NCBI GenBank assembly: GCA_046290225.1
Contig: JBKAGE010000037.1
Location: 1 to 64,000, forward strand
DNA from: Bradymonadia bacterium
Lineage (GTDB): Bacteria > Myxococcota_A > Bradymonadia > UBA7976 > UBA1532
Reading direction: 5' to 3'
Length of the DNA stretch: 64,000 nt
Positions within the stretch are counted from its first letter, which is position 1; each line of letters begins with the position of its first letter. The notes beneath the pieces were generated by a model, which worked only from the letters and a program-made list of their open reading frames with translations, was not told where the DNA came from and did not search any database. Position numbers and translations under genes: made by a program. This document shows positions 21,153-29,788 of this stretch, in pieces.

Positions 21153-23108
21153 GTGAATCCCACCCTGAAAGGGAGTAGGCTCACCACCGTGTGGATCTGC
21201 CCAGAATGCAGGACGGTTTACCGGGTGTCGGCCCCGACGTGCGAACGTGACGGGGCCCCCCTCGCTCAGGTCTTTGCCCATCAGACCCGAGGCCGCTTCC
21301 CCTTGCTCGGCAAGGTGGTGGGCGATCGCTACAGGCTCATCGGCGGCCTGGGCAAAGGCGGGCTGGGCACGGTCTACCTCGCCGAGCACCAGCACCTCGG
21401 TCACCTCTTCGCGATTAAATTTCTCGAGCTCGGCGGTGAAGAAGCCTCTGATCAGGTGAAGAAGGATCGCGATCGTCATCGTCGCGACTTCCTGAAAGAG
21501 GCCCGGGTCGCCTCCCTCATTCGCCATCCCTCAGTGGTGGGGGTGACCGACTTCGGCGAGCACGAAGATCTACCCTTCCTCGTGATGGACTATGTGCCGG
21601 GCCCCTCTCTCCTCCAGGAGATGGAGCGCAAGGGGCGGTTCTCGTACAAAGAGGCCTGCGACATCGCCCTGCGCATCGCCGAGGCCCTCAACGCCTTCCA
21701 TGAGCGGCGCCTCGTTCACCGCGACCTCAAGCCGGCGAACCTGATCCTCGATCCCCGCGAAGACGGCCGCCTCACCCTGGTGGACCTGGGCCTCGTCAAA
21801 GATCTTGCTGGCCCTGGCGGTAAAGACTCCACTCACCCCCTGGCCCTACGTGGTACGCCGGGCTACCTCGCCCCGGAGCAGGTGCCGGGCTGGGTGCTTC
21901 AGGGGGCCGGCGTCCGGGCGGTGAAGAAAGAGAAGAAGGCCGTCGATCCTCGGGTCGACATCTACGCCCTCGGCGTCATCCTCTACGAGATGCTCGCTGG
22001 AGAGCCCCCCTACCCCGACGGCTCGAACACGCAGGTCATTGTCTACGCCTGCACACAAGATCCCAAACCGCTGCACGCGCTCGATCTGCCCATTGATCAC
22101 ATCGTGAAGGCTGATCCCCCCGTGGGCCTTGAGAAGCTGGTCCTCGACACGATGTCCCGGGATCGCGACACGCGCCCCGCCTCTGCCGCAGAGTTCATCG
22201 AGCGCCTGAAGGCGACGATGGCGGAGATCGAACGCCCCGCTCCAGTGCGGGTGCCCATCAACGCCTCCGCCCTCACGGCGCTGCCGGGGCTCGCCACCCG
22301 ACCGGGGTTGCCCAGCAGCGAGACGATGCCCGACGACAGCATGGGCAGCGAATACGACACGATGGTCTTCGACACCAACGCCCACCCCGATCCGGACGAC
22401 GGCTTCGATCTCGAAGACTCCCTCGACGAAGAGGCGGCGACGGTGGCGGGCCCCATGCCCGAGATCATCGCCGAGGCCAGGGCTGCCCAGGCCGCTCAGG
22501 TGGCCCGAGAGGCTCGTGGGCTCCCCACAGAAGACGATCGCCCCGGGCCGCGGCTGGGGCTCTGGATCGGCTTGCTCGGGGTGGTGCTCGCCGCAGCGGC
22601 AGGAGTCTGGTGGGCCCTGAGCAGCAACGGCAGCGGCGATCCGGTGGATCGACAGACCATCGACAATCGGGGCCAGCTGCCCGTGGGCTCTCTCCCAGAG
22701 ACGCCAGCAACGCCCGATGCCGGTCAGCCTCAAAAGCTCGACGCTGAGTTGACGATCCCAGTCTTACCGCTGGATCCACCGGAAGAGGCGCCTGATGCTC
22801 AGGGCGCAGCGGCCTCGACCGACGCTGGGGCGTCAAAGCCGACTACCCGGCGGCGCAAGCGTCGTCGCCGCGCCACGCCACCTGTGGTCAAGGACACACC
22901 CACGGTCCCCCCACGTGGTCCCACAGATGACGAGATCCTGGTGGCGCTGCTCCGTGAGGGTGACAGCGCCTTCAAGCGGGAGTCCTATCAGCGAGCCCTG
23001 CGCAACTACCGCAAGTTTCTCGCCCGGGCACCGCAAAGCCACGCCAAGTACTTCCAGGTGAAGCAGCGCGTGCGCTCCTTGGAACAGCTCACCGCCTACG
23101 ACCGCTGA
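21153..23108 (+). CDS. Membrane Ser/Thr protein kinase with a C-terminal TPR-like region
   Basis: CPEC..CERDG N-terminus; GKGGLGTVY, AIK, HRDLKPAN, DLG, GTPGYLAPE, DIYALG; TM helix; TPR-like GDSAFKRESYQRALRNY; start may be 21189. Confidence 0.9.
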   Translation: MNPTLKGSRLTTVWICPECRTVYRVSAPTCERDGAPLAQVFAHQTRGRFPLLGKVVGDRYRLIGGLGKGGLGTVYLAEHQHLGHLFAIKFLELGGEEASDQVKKDRDRHRRDFLKEARVASLIRHPSVVGVTDFGEHEDLPFLVMDYVPGPSLLQEMERKGRFSYKEACDIALRIAEALNAFHERRLVHRDLKPANLILDPREDGRLTLVDLGLVKDLAGPGGKDSTHPLALRGTPGYLAPEQVPGWVLQGAGVRAVKKEKKAVDPRVDIYALGVILYEMLAGEPPYPDGSNTQVIVYACTQDPKPLHALDLPIDHIVKADPPVGLEKLVLDTMSRDRDTRPASAAEFIERLKATMAEIERPAPVRVPINASALTALPGLATRPGLPSSETMPDDSMGSEYDTMVFDTNAHPDPDDGFDLEDSLDEEAATVAGPMPEIIAEARAAQAAQVAREARGLPTEDDRPGPRLGLWIGLLGVVLAAAAGVWWALSSNGSGDPVDRQTIDNRGQLPVGSLPETPATPDAGQPQKLDAELTIPVLPLDPPEEAPDAQGAAASTDAGASKPTTRRRKRRRRATPPVVKDTPTVPPRGPTDDEILVALLREGDSAFKRESYQRALRNYRKFLARAPQSHAKYFQVKQRVRSLEQLTAYDR

Positions 23109-23234
23109 TCATCGCCCTGCCCCGACCGGCCCAGACATCATTGCCGTCACGAAGGTGTGAACCATGAGACGCTTTTGCGTATCATGCGCCTCATGAGCAG
23201 CTCATCTTCGAGACAGACCTCTCTTCGAGGTGCC

Positions 23235-24146
23235 ATGCCGGGCTCCCCCTGCCTCTGGTGGGTGTTGTGCCTGCTCTGGCCCACCATCGGCCACGCTGAT
23301 GGCGATCACCTCGCGCGCTTCAACGCCGTCGCCCAGAAAGCAGAGGCAACGCTTCAAAAGAGCGGCCCCGAGGCGGCCATCGAGATCTATGAAGAGGCCT
23401 TGCTCGAAGAAGAGCTGGGGCAGATTCATCTGCGTCTCGGCCAGCTGACACAGGATCTCAAGCGCTTCGACGCCGCCGCCATGCACTACAAATCATGCAT
23501 GGAGGACGATCGGGTGGAAGCCCTCGATCGCAACCTGGTCTGCCTCAAAGGTCTCGAAGCCAGCACTTCAATCCTGAAGATCGAGGGCCTGCCCCAAGGG
23601 GCCTCTGTGGTGGTGCAGCAGCCGGCTTCCTTCGCAGGGCCCGTGGAGTCCGGCGCTCAGGTGCCCCGAGGGCCTGTCACATTGCTTGTAGATGCCCCGG
23701 GGAGGACGCCGAGGGCCACACAGCTCGTCTTGTCGGAGCGGGAGACACGGTGGCGCGCCGTGCTTGGTCAAGCCGCTGAGGGTGCAGCTCCTCCCCCGCC
23801 TCCGCCTTCAGGTAGCAATGGTGACATCAATATCCCGGATGGCTTCATCTCATCTGATCCGCTCATCACCGGCCCAGTCAATCCACCAGAGCCGAGCCCA
23901 TGGCCCATCTACGCCACCGGGGGCGCCGGCCTGGCGTTGCTCGGCAGTGGGCTCTACCTCGGCATCAACAACCAGGACGAGCTGGATCGCGTGCGCCGCC
24001 GACAGCGCATCGGCGCCTGTGGCGACGACAACTGCCGTGGAGACATCAGCAGCGCCGAGGGATCAGCACAGGTGGCCGACGCCCTCTGGATCACGGGCGC
24101 TGCAGTGGTGACGGCGGCGGTGATTTGGTATCTGCTCGATGATTGA
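23235..24146 (+). CDS. Secreted or membrane TPR- and PEGA-like protein
   Basis: Signal peptide; TPR-like helices; LKIEGLPQGASV beta module; hydrophobic Gly-rich C-terminal hairpin; start uncertain. Confidence 0.6.
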   Translation: MPGSPCLWWVLCLLWPTIGHADGDHLARFNAVAQKAEATLQKSGPEAAIEIYEEALLEEELGQIHLRLGQLTQDLKRFDAAAMHYKSCMEDDRVEALDRNLVCLKGLEASTSILKIEGLPQGASVVVQQPASFAGPVESGAQVPRGPVTLLVDAPGRTPRATQLVLSERETRWRAVLGQAAEGAAPPPPPPSGSNGDINIPDGFISSDPLITGPVNPPEPSPWPIYATGGAGLALLGSGLYLGINNQDELDRVRRRQRIGACGDDNCRGDISSAEGSAQVADALWITGAAVVTAAVIWYLLDD

Positions 24147-24204
24147 GCGCCTGAAAGGCGCCCACCGTTCGTCCTTACAGAGAAGTCTACATCAAGGATC
24201 AGCC

Positions 24205-25458
24205 ATGCTCTCGCTGCCCACGTTTGGGCCTCGTCTGAAGCGCTGTCTACGCATCATCGCACCGTTGGGTTGCGCGCTCTCTCTCTCGGGGTGCTTCTCG
24301 GGTGAAGACTTCTCGGAATGCACTGCTGATGATCAATGCCGATCAGGCATGTGCATGAGCGGCCGGTGTACGGTGCTCGATGGCCCCAGTGACATGGGCG
24401 TCGGCGTCGACGAGGGCATGGTGCAAATGCCCGATATGGGCGACTCGGACACGATGGTCCTCACGGGCGTGTACACGCCCCAGCCCGGCATCGAAGACTT
24501 CGGCGACAAAACGGTGATCATCGACGGGCTGCAACTGTCGGGGAACGCGATCCCCTTCCGGATCAAGGCCCGCACCATCATCGTGCGCAACCTCAACGCC
24601 AACGGCGCCGGCTACCTCGGCGGTGGCGGTGGCGGTGGCGGTGCAGGGGGCGCCCCCTCGGAGACCACGGTGAATGGCGGCACGGGCGGCAGCCGTATGG
24701 AGGCCGTGAGCGGTGGCAAGGGCGACAACAACACCATGACCAGCGGTGGAGATGGTGGCGATGGCGGCGACGGCAACGGGGTCGGCTCGGGCTCCGGTGG
24801 CGACGGCGGTCAAGCGGGCGGTGATGGTGCTCGAGGGACCGACGCGATCTACAACGACGGCAATGATCCATGCGCGCTGCTGGCCCCCAACGTACGCTAC
24901 GTGATCGGCGCCAGCGGTGGCGGTGGTGGCGGCGGCGCAGGCTCGAACGCTGATGTGGCCACGTGCACTGTAGGCAGCGGCGGTGGCGGTGGAGGCACGG
25001 GCGGCAACGGCGGCGGCGCCATCGAGCTCGAAGCCACTGAAGAGATCGTCATCGAAGGCAGCATCAGCGCCATCGGGCGCCCCGCAGATGCAGATCCCAC
25101 CGGCGAAGTGCCTGGCGCAGGCGCCTGCATCATCGCCGGCGCGGGCTGCGAAGGCACGTGCATCGGTGGAGATGGCGGCGACGGCGTCGACCCGCAAGTC
25201 ACCGGCTCAGGCACCACAGGTGGCGCCGGTGGCATCGGCAGCGGCATGGTGGATCCAGGCGGCAATGGCGGCGGCGGCGGGGCCGGCTCTGGTGGCACGG
25301 TGGTCCTCGTCTCGCCGAACGGTGTGCGCTTTGCTGCTGGCGCCAGCATCGACCTCAGCGGCGCTGGGGCCAACGACAACAAGGGCTCACTGCGCATCTT
25401 CGGCCCACTTCAGGGCAACCAGCCCGGCGGCAGTGGTTTTCACCTCTGTCAGTACTGA
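24205..25458 (+). CDS. Glycine-rich lipoprotein
   Basis: AAGGA RBS; LSGC lipobox; CTADDQCRSGMCMSGRC module; repeated GGGGGG..GG(A/T)(I/V)xL blocks. Confidence 0.65.
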   Translation: MLSLPTFGPRLKRCLRIIAPLGCALSLSGCFSGEDFSECTADDQCRSGMCMSGRCTVLDGPSDMGVGVDEGMVQMPDMGDSDTMVLTGVYTPQPGIEDFGDKTVIIDGLQLSGNAIPFRIKARTIIVRNLNANGAGYLGGGGGGGGAGGAPSETTVNGGTGGSRMEAVSGGKGDNNTMTSGGDGGDGGDGNGVGSGSGGDGGQAGGDGARGTDAIYNDGNDPCALLAPNVRYVIGASGGGGGGGAGSNADVATCTVGSGGGGGGTGGNGGGAIELEATEEIVIEGSISAIGRPADADPTGEVPGAGACIIAGAGCEGTCIGGDGGDGVDPQVTGSGTTGGAGGIGSGMVDPGGNGGGGGAGSGGTVVLVSPNGVRFAAGASIDLSGAGANDNKGSLRIFGPLQGNQPGGSGFHLCQY

Positions 25459-25467
25459 GGGGCACCC

Positions 25468-26580
25468 ATGGCCGGCTCCCTGGGGCCTGATCCCAAAGCA
25501 CACCGACGATTTCTCGAGCAAACGGGCCGGCAACAACGGTCTGACCAGCGCACAGCGCAATCGCCCAAACACCTGTTGGGCCTCGACGTCGTCGAGCAGG
25601 CAGACGATGGCACCCTGTGTTTGGAAGGCAAAATCGCCAACACCCCGGTCAGGCTGAGGCGCTGGCCAGAGACGAAGGAGTCAGGGGTTCTATCTCACTG
25701 GCCCTGGCGTATCGAAGCCGCCCCACCAGCCCTCCCCTCCACACTTCAAGTGGTCCGCCCCAACCTTCTGGATCGCAGCTTTGTCGGCCGGTTCAGCGGT
25801 CCCGCGTTGCTCGGTGACGACGCCTTCGACGAGGCATTGAGGGTGAGCGGCATCTCGCCGATGCAGACCTACAGCATCATGAGCCACAACATTCGCCGAC
25901 AGCTGCTCCGACTCTTGCAGCTCAAGGGCGGCGTGGAGAACGGCGTGGTCTTTTGTCGGCCCCACGAGCCCACGAAGCGGCTGCCCCGACACTTCAAAAT
26001 CCTCGCCCGCAACCTGGCTGGCCTCAGCCAGCGTATGGTGCTCTCCGAGACGCAAGCCTTCACCGCCCTGCTCCGAAACGCAGTGCATGATCCCGCCATC
26101 GGGTTTCGCACCCGTGCCCTCGAGGTGCTCCTCAACGTCGATCAGGGCAAGTTCGCTCCCGCAGTCCGCCAGGCCCTCGCCGCCGGCGTGCACAGCGATC
26201 ACGACACGTTGAAGAAGGTGGCTGGGGAAGCCCTCAACGCCGCATTCGAACAGCAAATCGTCACCCTCGACGACGCCGACGAGGCCGTGTTGCTCGCATT
26301 GCTCGACGGGCAGCCCTCGGGCACCCGCGATCTGATCATCACCCGCCTCACCGAGATCGGCACCCAGCGGGCCGTACCGGCCCTGGTGGCCATCGAGCGG
26401 TCATTCTTCAAGAGTCGCCGACAAAAGGACGCAGCGCGGGCGGCCATCGAGGCCATCACCCAACGCACCGGCGCGATCAAGGCAGGCGGGCTCACCGTGG
26501 TGGAAGACAGTGGCCCTGGCCAGCTGTCGCTCATCCCCGCCCCTGAAGCCCCCGTCGACCTGAAGCTCGACGAGCGCTGA
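25468..26580 (+). CDS. HEAT-repeat protein
   Basis: GAGG RBS; DPAIGFRTRALEVL, LTEIGTQRAVPAL, AARAAIEAI; GGLTVV..GQLSL tail. Confidence 0.6.
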   Translation: MAGSLGPDPKAHRRFLEQTGRQQRSDQRTAQSPKHLLGLDVVEQADDGTLCLEGKIANTPVRLRRWPETKESGVLSHWPWRIEAAPPALPSTLQVVRPNLLDRSFVGRFSGPALLGDDAFDEALRVSGISPMQTYSIMSHNIRRQLLRLLQLKGGVENGVVFCRPHEPTKRLPRHFKILARNLAGLSQRMVLSETQAFTALLRNAVHDPAIGFRTRALEVLLNVDQGKFAPAVRQALAAGVHSDHDTLKKVAGEALNAAFEQQIVTLDDADEAVLLALLDGQPSGTRDLIITRLTEIGTQRAVPALVAIERSFFKSRRQKDAARAAIEAITQRTGAIKAGGLTVVEDSGPGQLSLIPAPEAPVDLKLDER

Positions 26581-26586
26581 TCGCGC

Positions 26587-28302
26587 TCACAGCAACCGCA
26601 CCACGGCCTCGGCATCCATCAGCACTTTGCGGGTCTTGAGATCCCGCACGGTGGCCACCAGCCACCGTTGCTGATCCACCCCGAAGCTGATCTCCAGGCG
26701 CGGGACCTTGTCCGCAGGCGGGTGAGGCGGGTCGAGATGGCCCAGGGTGGGGTTCGCGACGTTGAGCGGCACCACCACGGGCTGAGCAGCGGCGCCTCCG
26801 CCGAGCTGCCTCAGGTTGCCCTCGGCATCCCAGGTGAACTGTCGATCATCCTGCACCCCGGCCACGGGCAGGCCAGCGATCTCACAGATGACCAGCTTGA
26901 AGATCTTCTCGGGCTCACCCAGAGCACAGGTGGGCACCAGCTTGCGCTTCCAGAGATCCGGGGCAGTGGGGAATCGAGTGCCTCGCGGCACGATGACCGT
27001 GTGCTGCTCCTCGTGCGTTCGGGGGTGATACGTCACGAAGGCATAGTCATGCACGATGAAGTCGGACTGACCGAACCGATCCGCGGCAAAGGCGCAGGCG
27101 CCGAAGGCCACCGCCTCAAAAGGCTGCCACGCCCTCACCTTGTCGCGTCCGTATCGTTGCTCGAACGATCCGAACACCCCTGGCAACAACGAGGAGCCAC
27201 CCACCATCAGCACATCTTCGATGGCGTCTTCGGCCATGCCCTGAGCTTCGAGCTGTCGGGCGATGCCGTTCTGGCAATCTTCGAGTATCTGATACATGCC
27301 CCGCTCGGTGAGCACCTGCACCAGCTCGTCCCGGGTGATGTCGAGATAGCGCGCACCGCCGAGGCGCGCCTTGACCCCGGGCATCTCCTCCGGAGGCACC
27401 ACGCTGAAGGTGGCCTCGTGGGGCGGGAAATACACCGCCTCCTTCACTCGGCGGGCTTCTTGGATCATCAAACGAGACCACAGCTCCGCCTCGAGCTTGG
27501 CCACCTGATCACCCGAAGGGATCAGCTCGATGCCCAGGCCGGCATTGAAGTGCTCGAGCAGCCAGCCATCGATCGTGTTCCCGCCGAGGGGCCGCCCTTC
27601 TTTGGCGATGACCTCACAGTGACCCTGAGCCACATCTCGAGCGGTCAGCTGCACTACGGCGAGATCGAGCGTGCCGCCGCCGAAGTCCACCACCAGCACA
27701 CGGCGTGCGTGGGTCAGGCCGAGCCCGTATCCAATGGCCGCGGCCACAGGCTCGTCGATGAAACGCAACCGCTTCACCCCCAGAGATCGAGCCACGGCTT
27801 TGAGCTCTGCCCGGTAGACATCGTACGACTCCACGGGGGTGGTGATGACCAGATCGCGGATCCGATCCCCCGTGGCGTCCTTGGCGCTGGAAAACACCTC
27901 GCGCATGAACATACGGGCAATGTCCCGGGCACTGTGCAGGGTGCTTCGGCTCCGAGCCAGCGTGCGCAGTGGATCTCGGCCGAGGGCTCCTTTGAAGTGC
28001 GGGGCAAAGGCTGGGTGATGCCACCCCTGATTCAACTCCAAGGCTGCTCGACCCACGTGGGCCTGCTTGCCCCAGAACGTCATGCGCTGAAACAGCCCGC
28101 TGCGGCCGAGGCGATCCCAGAGGGTGCTCGGCGGCAGCACATGGGTGGCCGAGGGAATCAGTCGAGGTGCTTCGAGGGGATCGGTCCGCCCTGGGCGACG
28201 ACAGATGTCGGGCAGCTCTACGAGCCGAGGTCGATCAGCGTCGGGATCCCACCGGGAGAGTCCGGTGTTGCTGGTCCCCAGATCCATGGCCCATGCAGTC
28301 AT
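26587..28302 (-). CDS. Atypical Hsp70-family ATPase
   Basis: MDLGTSNT, DEPVAAAIGYG, VDFGGGTLD, LGGNTID, LMVGGSS; C-terminus does not resemble the DnaK lid. Confidence 0.85.
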   Translation of the reverse strand: MTAWAMDLGTSNTGLSRWDPDADRPRLVELPDICRRPGRTDPLEAPRLIPSATHVLPPSTLWDRLGRSGLFQRMTFWGKQAHVGRAALELNQGWHHPAFAPHFKGALGRDPLRTLARSRSTLHSARDIARMFMREVFSSAKDATGDRIRDLVITTPVESYDVYRAELKAVARSLGVKRLRFIDEPVAAAIGYGLGLTHARRVLVVDFGGGTLDLAVVQLTARDVAQGHCEVIAKEGRPLGGNTIDGWLLEHFNAGLGIELIPSGDQVAKLEAELWSRLMIQEARRVKEAVYFPPHEATFSVVPPEEMPGVKARLGGARYLDITRDELVQVLTERGMYQILEDCQNGIARQLEAQGMAEDAIEDVLMVGGSSLLPGVFGSFEQRYGRDKVRAWQPFEAVAFGACAFAADRFGQSDFIVHDYAFVTYHPRTHEEQHTVIVPRGTRFPTAPDLWKRKLVPTCALGEPEKIFKLVICEIAGLPVAGVQDDRQFTWDAEGNLRQLGGGAAAQPVVVPLNVANPTLGHLDPPHPPADKVPRLEISFGVDQQRWLVATVRDLKTRKVLMDAEAVVRLL

Positions 28303-28466
28303 CGCGTCCCTTCGAGCGCCGTCTTCGACCACCATCGTCGAACAGACGATCTGCTAGCAGCGTCGGGGTTTGTGAGCAAGGCCTTGAGGCCATGTGATAC
28401 ATGCAGAGAGCCCATCTGAGCGGTTGCCGTGAGCACCTGCTCAGCATTTTCTTCCGGGAGTGCCCG

Positions 28467-29282
28467 ATGTTCGTACCCTTCGCGCTGATCGTCTCGTTGC
28501 TCTACGCCCCGCAGCACCCCTTCCCAGCGCCTCAAGTCACCGAGTCCCCTGCCGTGGGCGGTCGCTGGATCACGGTGACCATCGCCGCGCCGCCGTCTAC
28601 AGGTCCTGAATACAAGTCCGAGGTGTACTTCACCGCCGAGCCTGTGATGGTGGTGAGCCCCAAGGCCTACACGGCTTTGAACGAGGCCAACATCGCCGAC
28701 TCGGGCCTGGCGATGGATCTCAACGGTGACGGAGATCGCACCGACGTGCTGCCCACGACGTGTGAAGGCCGCGACGTGAAGGTGGGCGAGTCGACCTTCA
28801 CGCCTCTCTTCAAGGCGAGCTACATGCAGTACACGGAGAAATCTGTGGGCCGCATTGGCAAGAACGGTGCTCAGGTGGTGCAGTACACGCCCTGCGGGCC
28901 CTACCTCGCCATGGGCTTCTCACCGCCCGGGCATGATCTGAAGCTCCAGAAGCTGACGGGCCCCATGCTGCAGATCAGCGTCGCTCAGCCCCAACCGGGT
29001 CCCCGAGGGCTGCCCACACTGCGCACATCGTCCTGGACCCTCGACGGCAAGCCCATCGCCCCTTTGATGACCCAGGTGAAGTCCTTCGAGCCCGGGGAGA
29101 AGCAGACACCCACCTGGGTGCACGTGCACTGGGCGGTGATGAGCATCCCTGTGGGCGGCCAGCACGTTGTGAAGTTCAAGGTGGAAGGCCCCGGCAAGGG
29201 CATGGTGGCGGCAGGCGTGAACCTGGCGCCCGCGCCCGGGCGACGCTGGCGTGGGCCCATGGGGACCCATCAACTGAAATAG
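28467..29282 (+). CDS. Secreted hypothetical protein
   Basis: GGAG RBS; hydrophobic N-terminus; DLNGDGD Ca-binding-like loop; GC-rich third codon positions. Confidence 0.6.
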   Translation: MFVPFALIVSLLYAPQHPFPAPQVTESPAVGGRWITVTIAAPPSTGPEYKSEVYFTAEPVMVVSPKAYTALNEANIADSGLAMDLNGDGDRTDVLPTTCEGRDVKVGESTFTPLFKASYMQYTEKSVGRIGKNGAQVVQYTPCGPYLAMGFSPPGHDLKLQKLTGPMLQISVAQPQPGPRGLPTLRTSSWTLDGKPIAPLMTQVKSFEPGEKQTPTWVHVHWAVMSIPVGGQHVVKFKVEGPGKGMVAAGVNLAPAPGRRWRGPMGTHQLK

Positions 29283-29314
29283 CAACAGGTGCTGCCTCTC
29301 GTTGGACAGCCACC

Positions 29315-29373
29315 AAAAAAAATGCGAGCCACCTGCCGAGATCCATCCCCCGATCTCGGCAAGTGACTCGCAT
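29315..29373 (-). terminator. Intrinsic terminator on the minus strand
   Basis: 22-bp stem (29322-29343/29352-29373), 8-nt loop, U8 tract; the two stem differences are G-U pairs only on the minus strand. Confidence 0.8.
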
Positions 29374-29528
29374 CAACGGTGACGCTCAGCGCGGCGTGGC
29401 GCGTCACCTGATGGTGTGATGGGCAGAATCACCACACCATCCCTCTCCCTCAGTTGCAGCCGACCCGCCTCTCCCCAGGTCTGAGTCAGCCGTGGCGTCC
29501 CTGGGGTTCAACCCCATCGCCTTCGGGG
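29315..29528 (-). ncRNA. Candidate sigma54-dependent structured small RNA (~215 nt)
   Basis: Lies between a sigma54 promoter and a terminator; four hairpins; no convincing ORF; no known family recognised. Confidence 0.55.
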
Positions 29529-29538
29529 TAAAGGGCTT

Positions 29539-29555
29539 AGCGAGGGGTATGCCAA
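29539..29555 (-). promoter_or_regulatory. sigma54 -24/-12 promoter
   Basis: TTGGCATACCCCTCGCT with GG-N10-GC spacing. Confidence 0.65.
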
Positions 29556-29584
29556 ACACCCGGCACAGAGGCCACACCTAAACA

Positions 29585-29597
29585 AATCAACAACTTA
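29585..29597 (+). promoter_or_regulatory. IHF-binding site
   Basis: AATCAACAACTTA is an exact match to WATCAANNNNTTR, between the promoter and the repeat array. Confidence 0.65.
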
Positions 29598-29603
29598 AGC
29601 ATT

Positions 29604-29704
29604 TGGCACAGGCATGTGCCATCACTTGAGCTGGCACAATCGCTGGCACAGTGCCAATTGCTGTGCCAGCGATTGTGCCAATTGCTGTGCCAATCATTGG
29701 CACA
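29604..29704. repeat. Array of nine TGGCAC(A)/(T)GTGCCA motifs, mostly with a 12-bp period
   Basis: Copies at 29604, 29615, 29632, 29644, 29651, 29662, 29674, 29686 and 29698 in direct and inverted orientation. Confidence 0.9.
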
Positions 29705-29788
29705 CACTGCAGGTCTTCGAGGGCATCGGTGGGTGGGCATCGCCCATCTGGTGTTATCGTGTCGGGGGCAACACTGATGGGTTCACTG

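Noticed and set aside
21054..21527. N-terminal extension of the regulator ORF that looks kinase-related
   Set aside because: It is the antisense reading of the divergent kinase gene; an RBS supports a start at 21053.
29490..29575. tRNA- or 6S-like appearance (GGGGTTCAACCCC)
   Set aside because: I could not fold a cloverleaf or a long 6S-type rod, and part of the region is better explained as a sigma54 promoter.
29604..29704. Repeat array as a CRISPR, or as coding sequence (PIAVPAIV or WHSNWHN repeats)
   Set aside because: Units are 12 bp with no unique spacers and no cas genes; the peptide repeats are by-products, and the downstream gene has its own signal peptide from ~29789.
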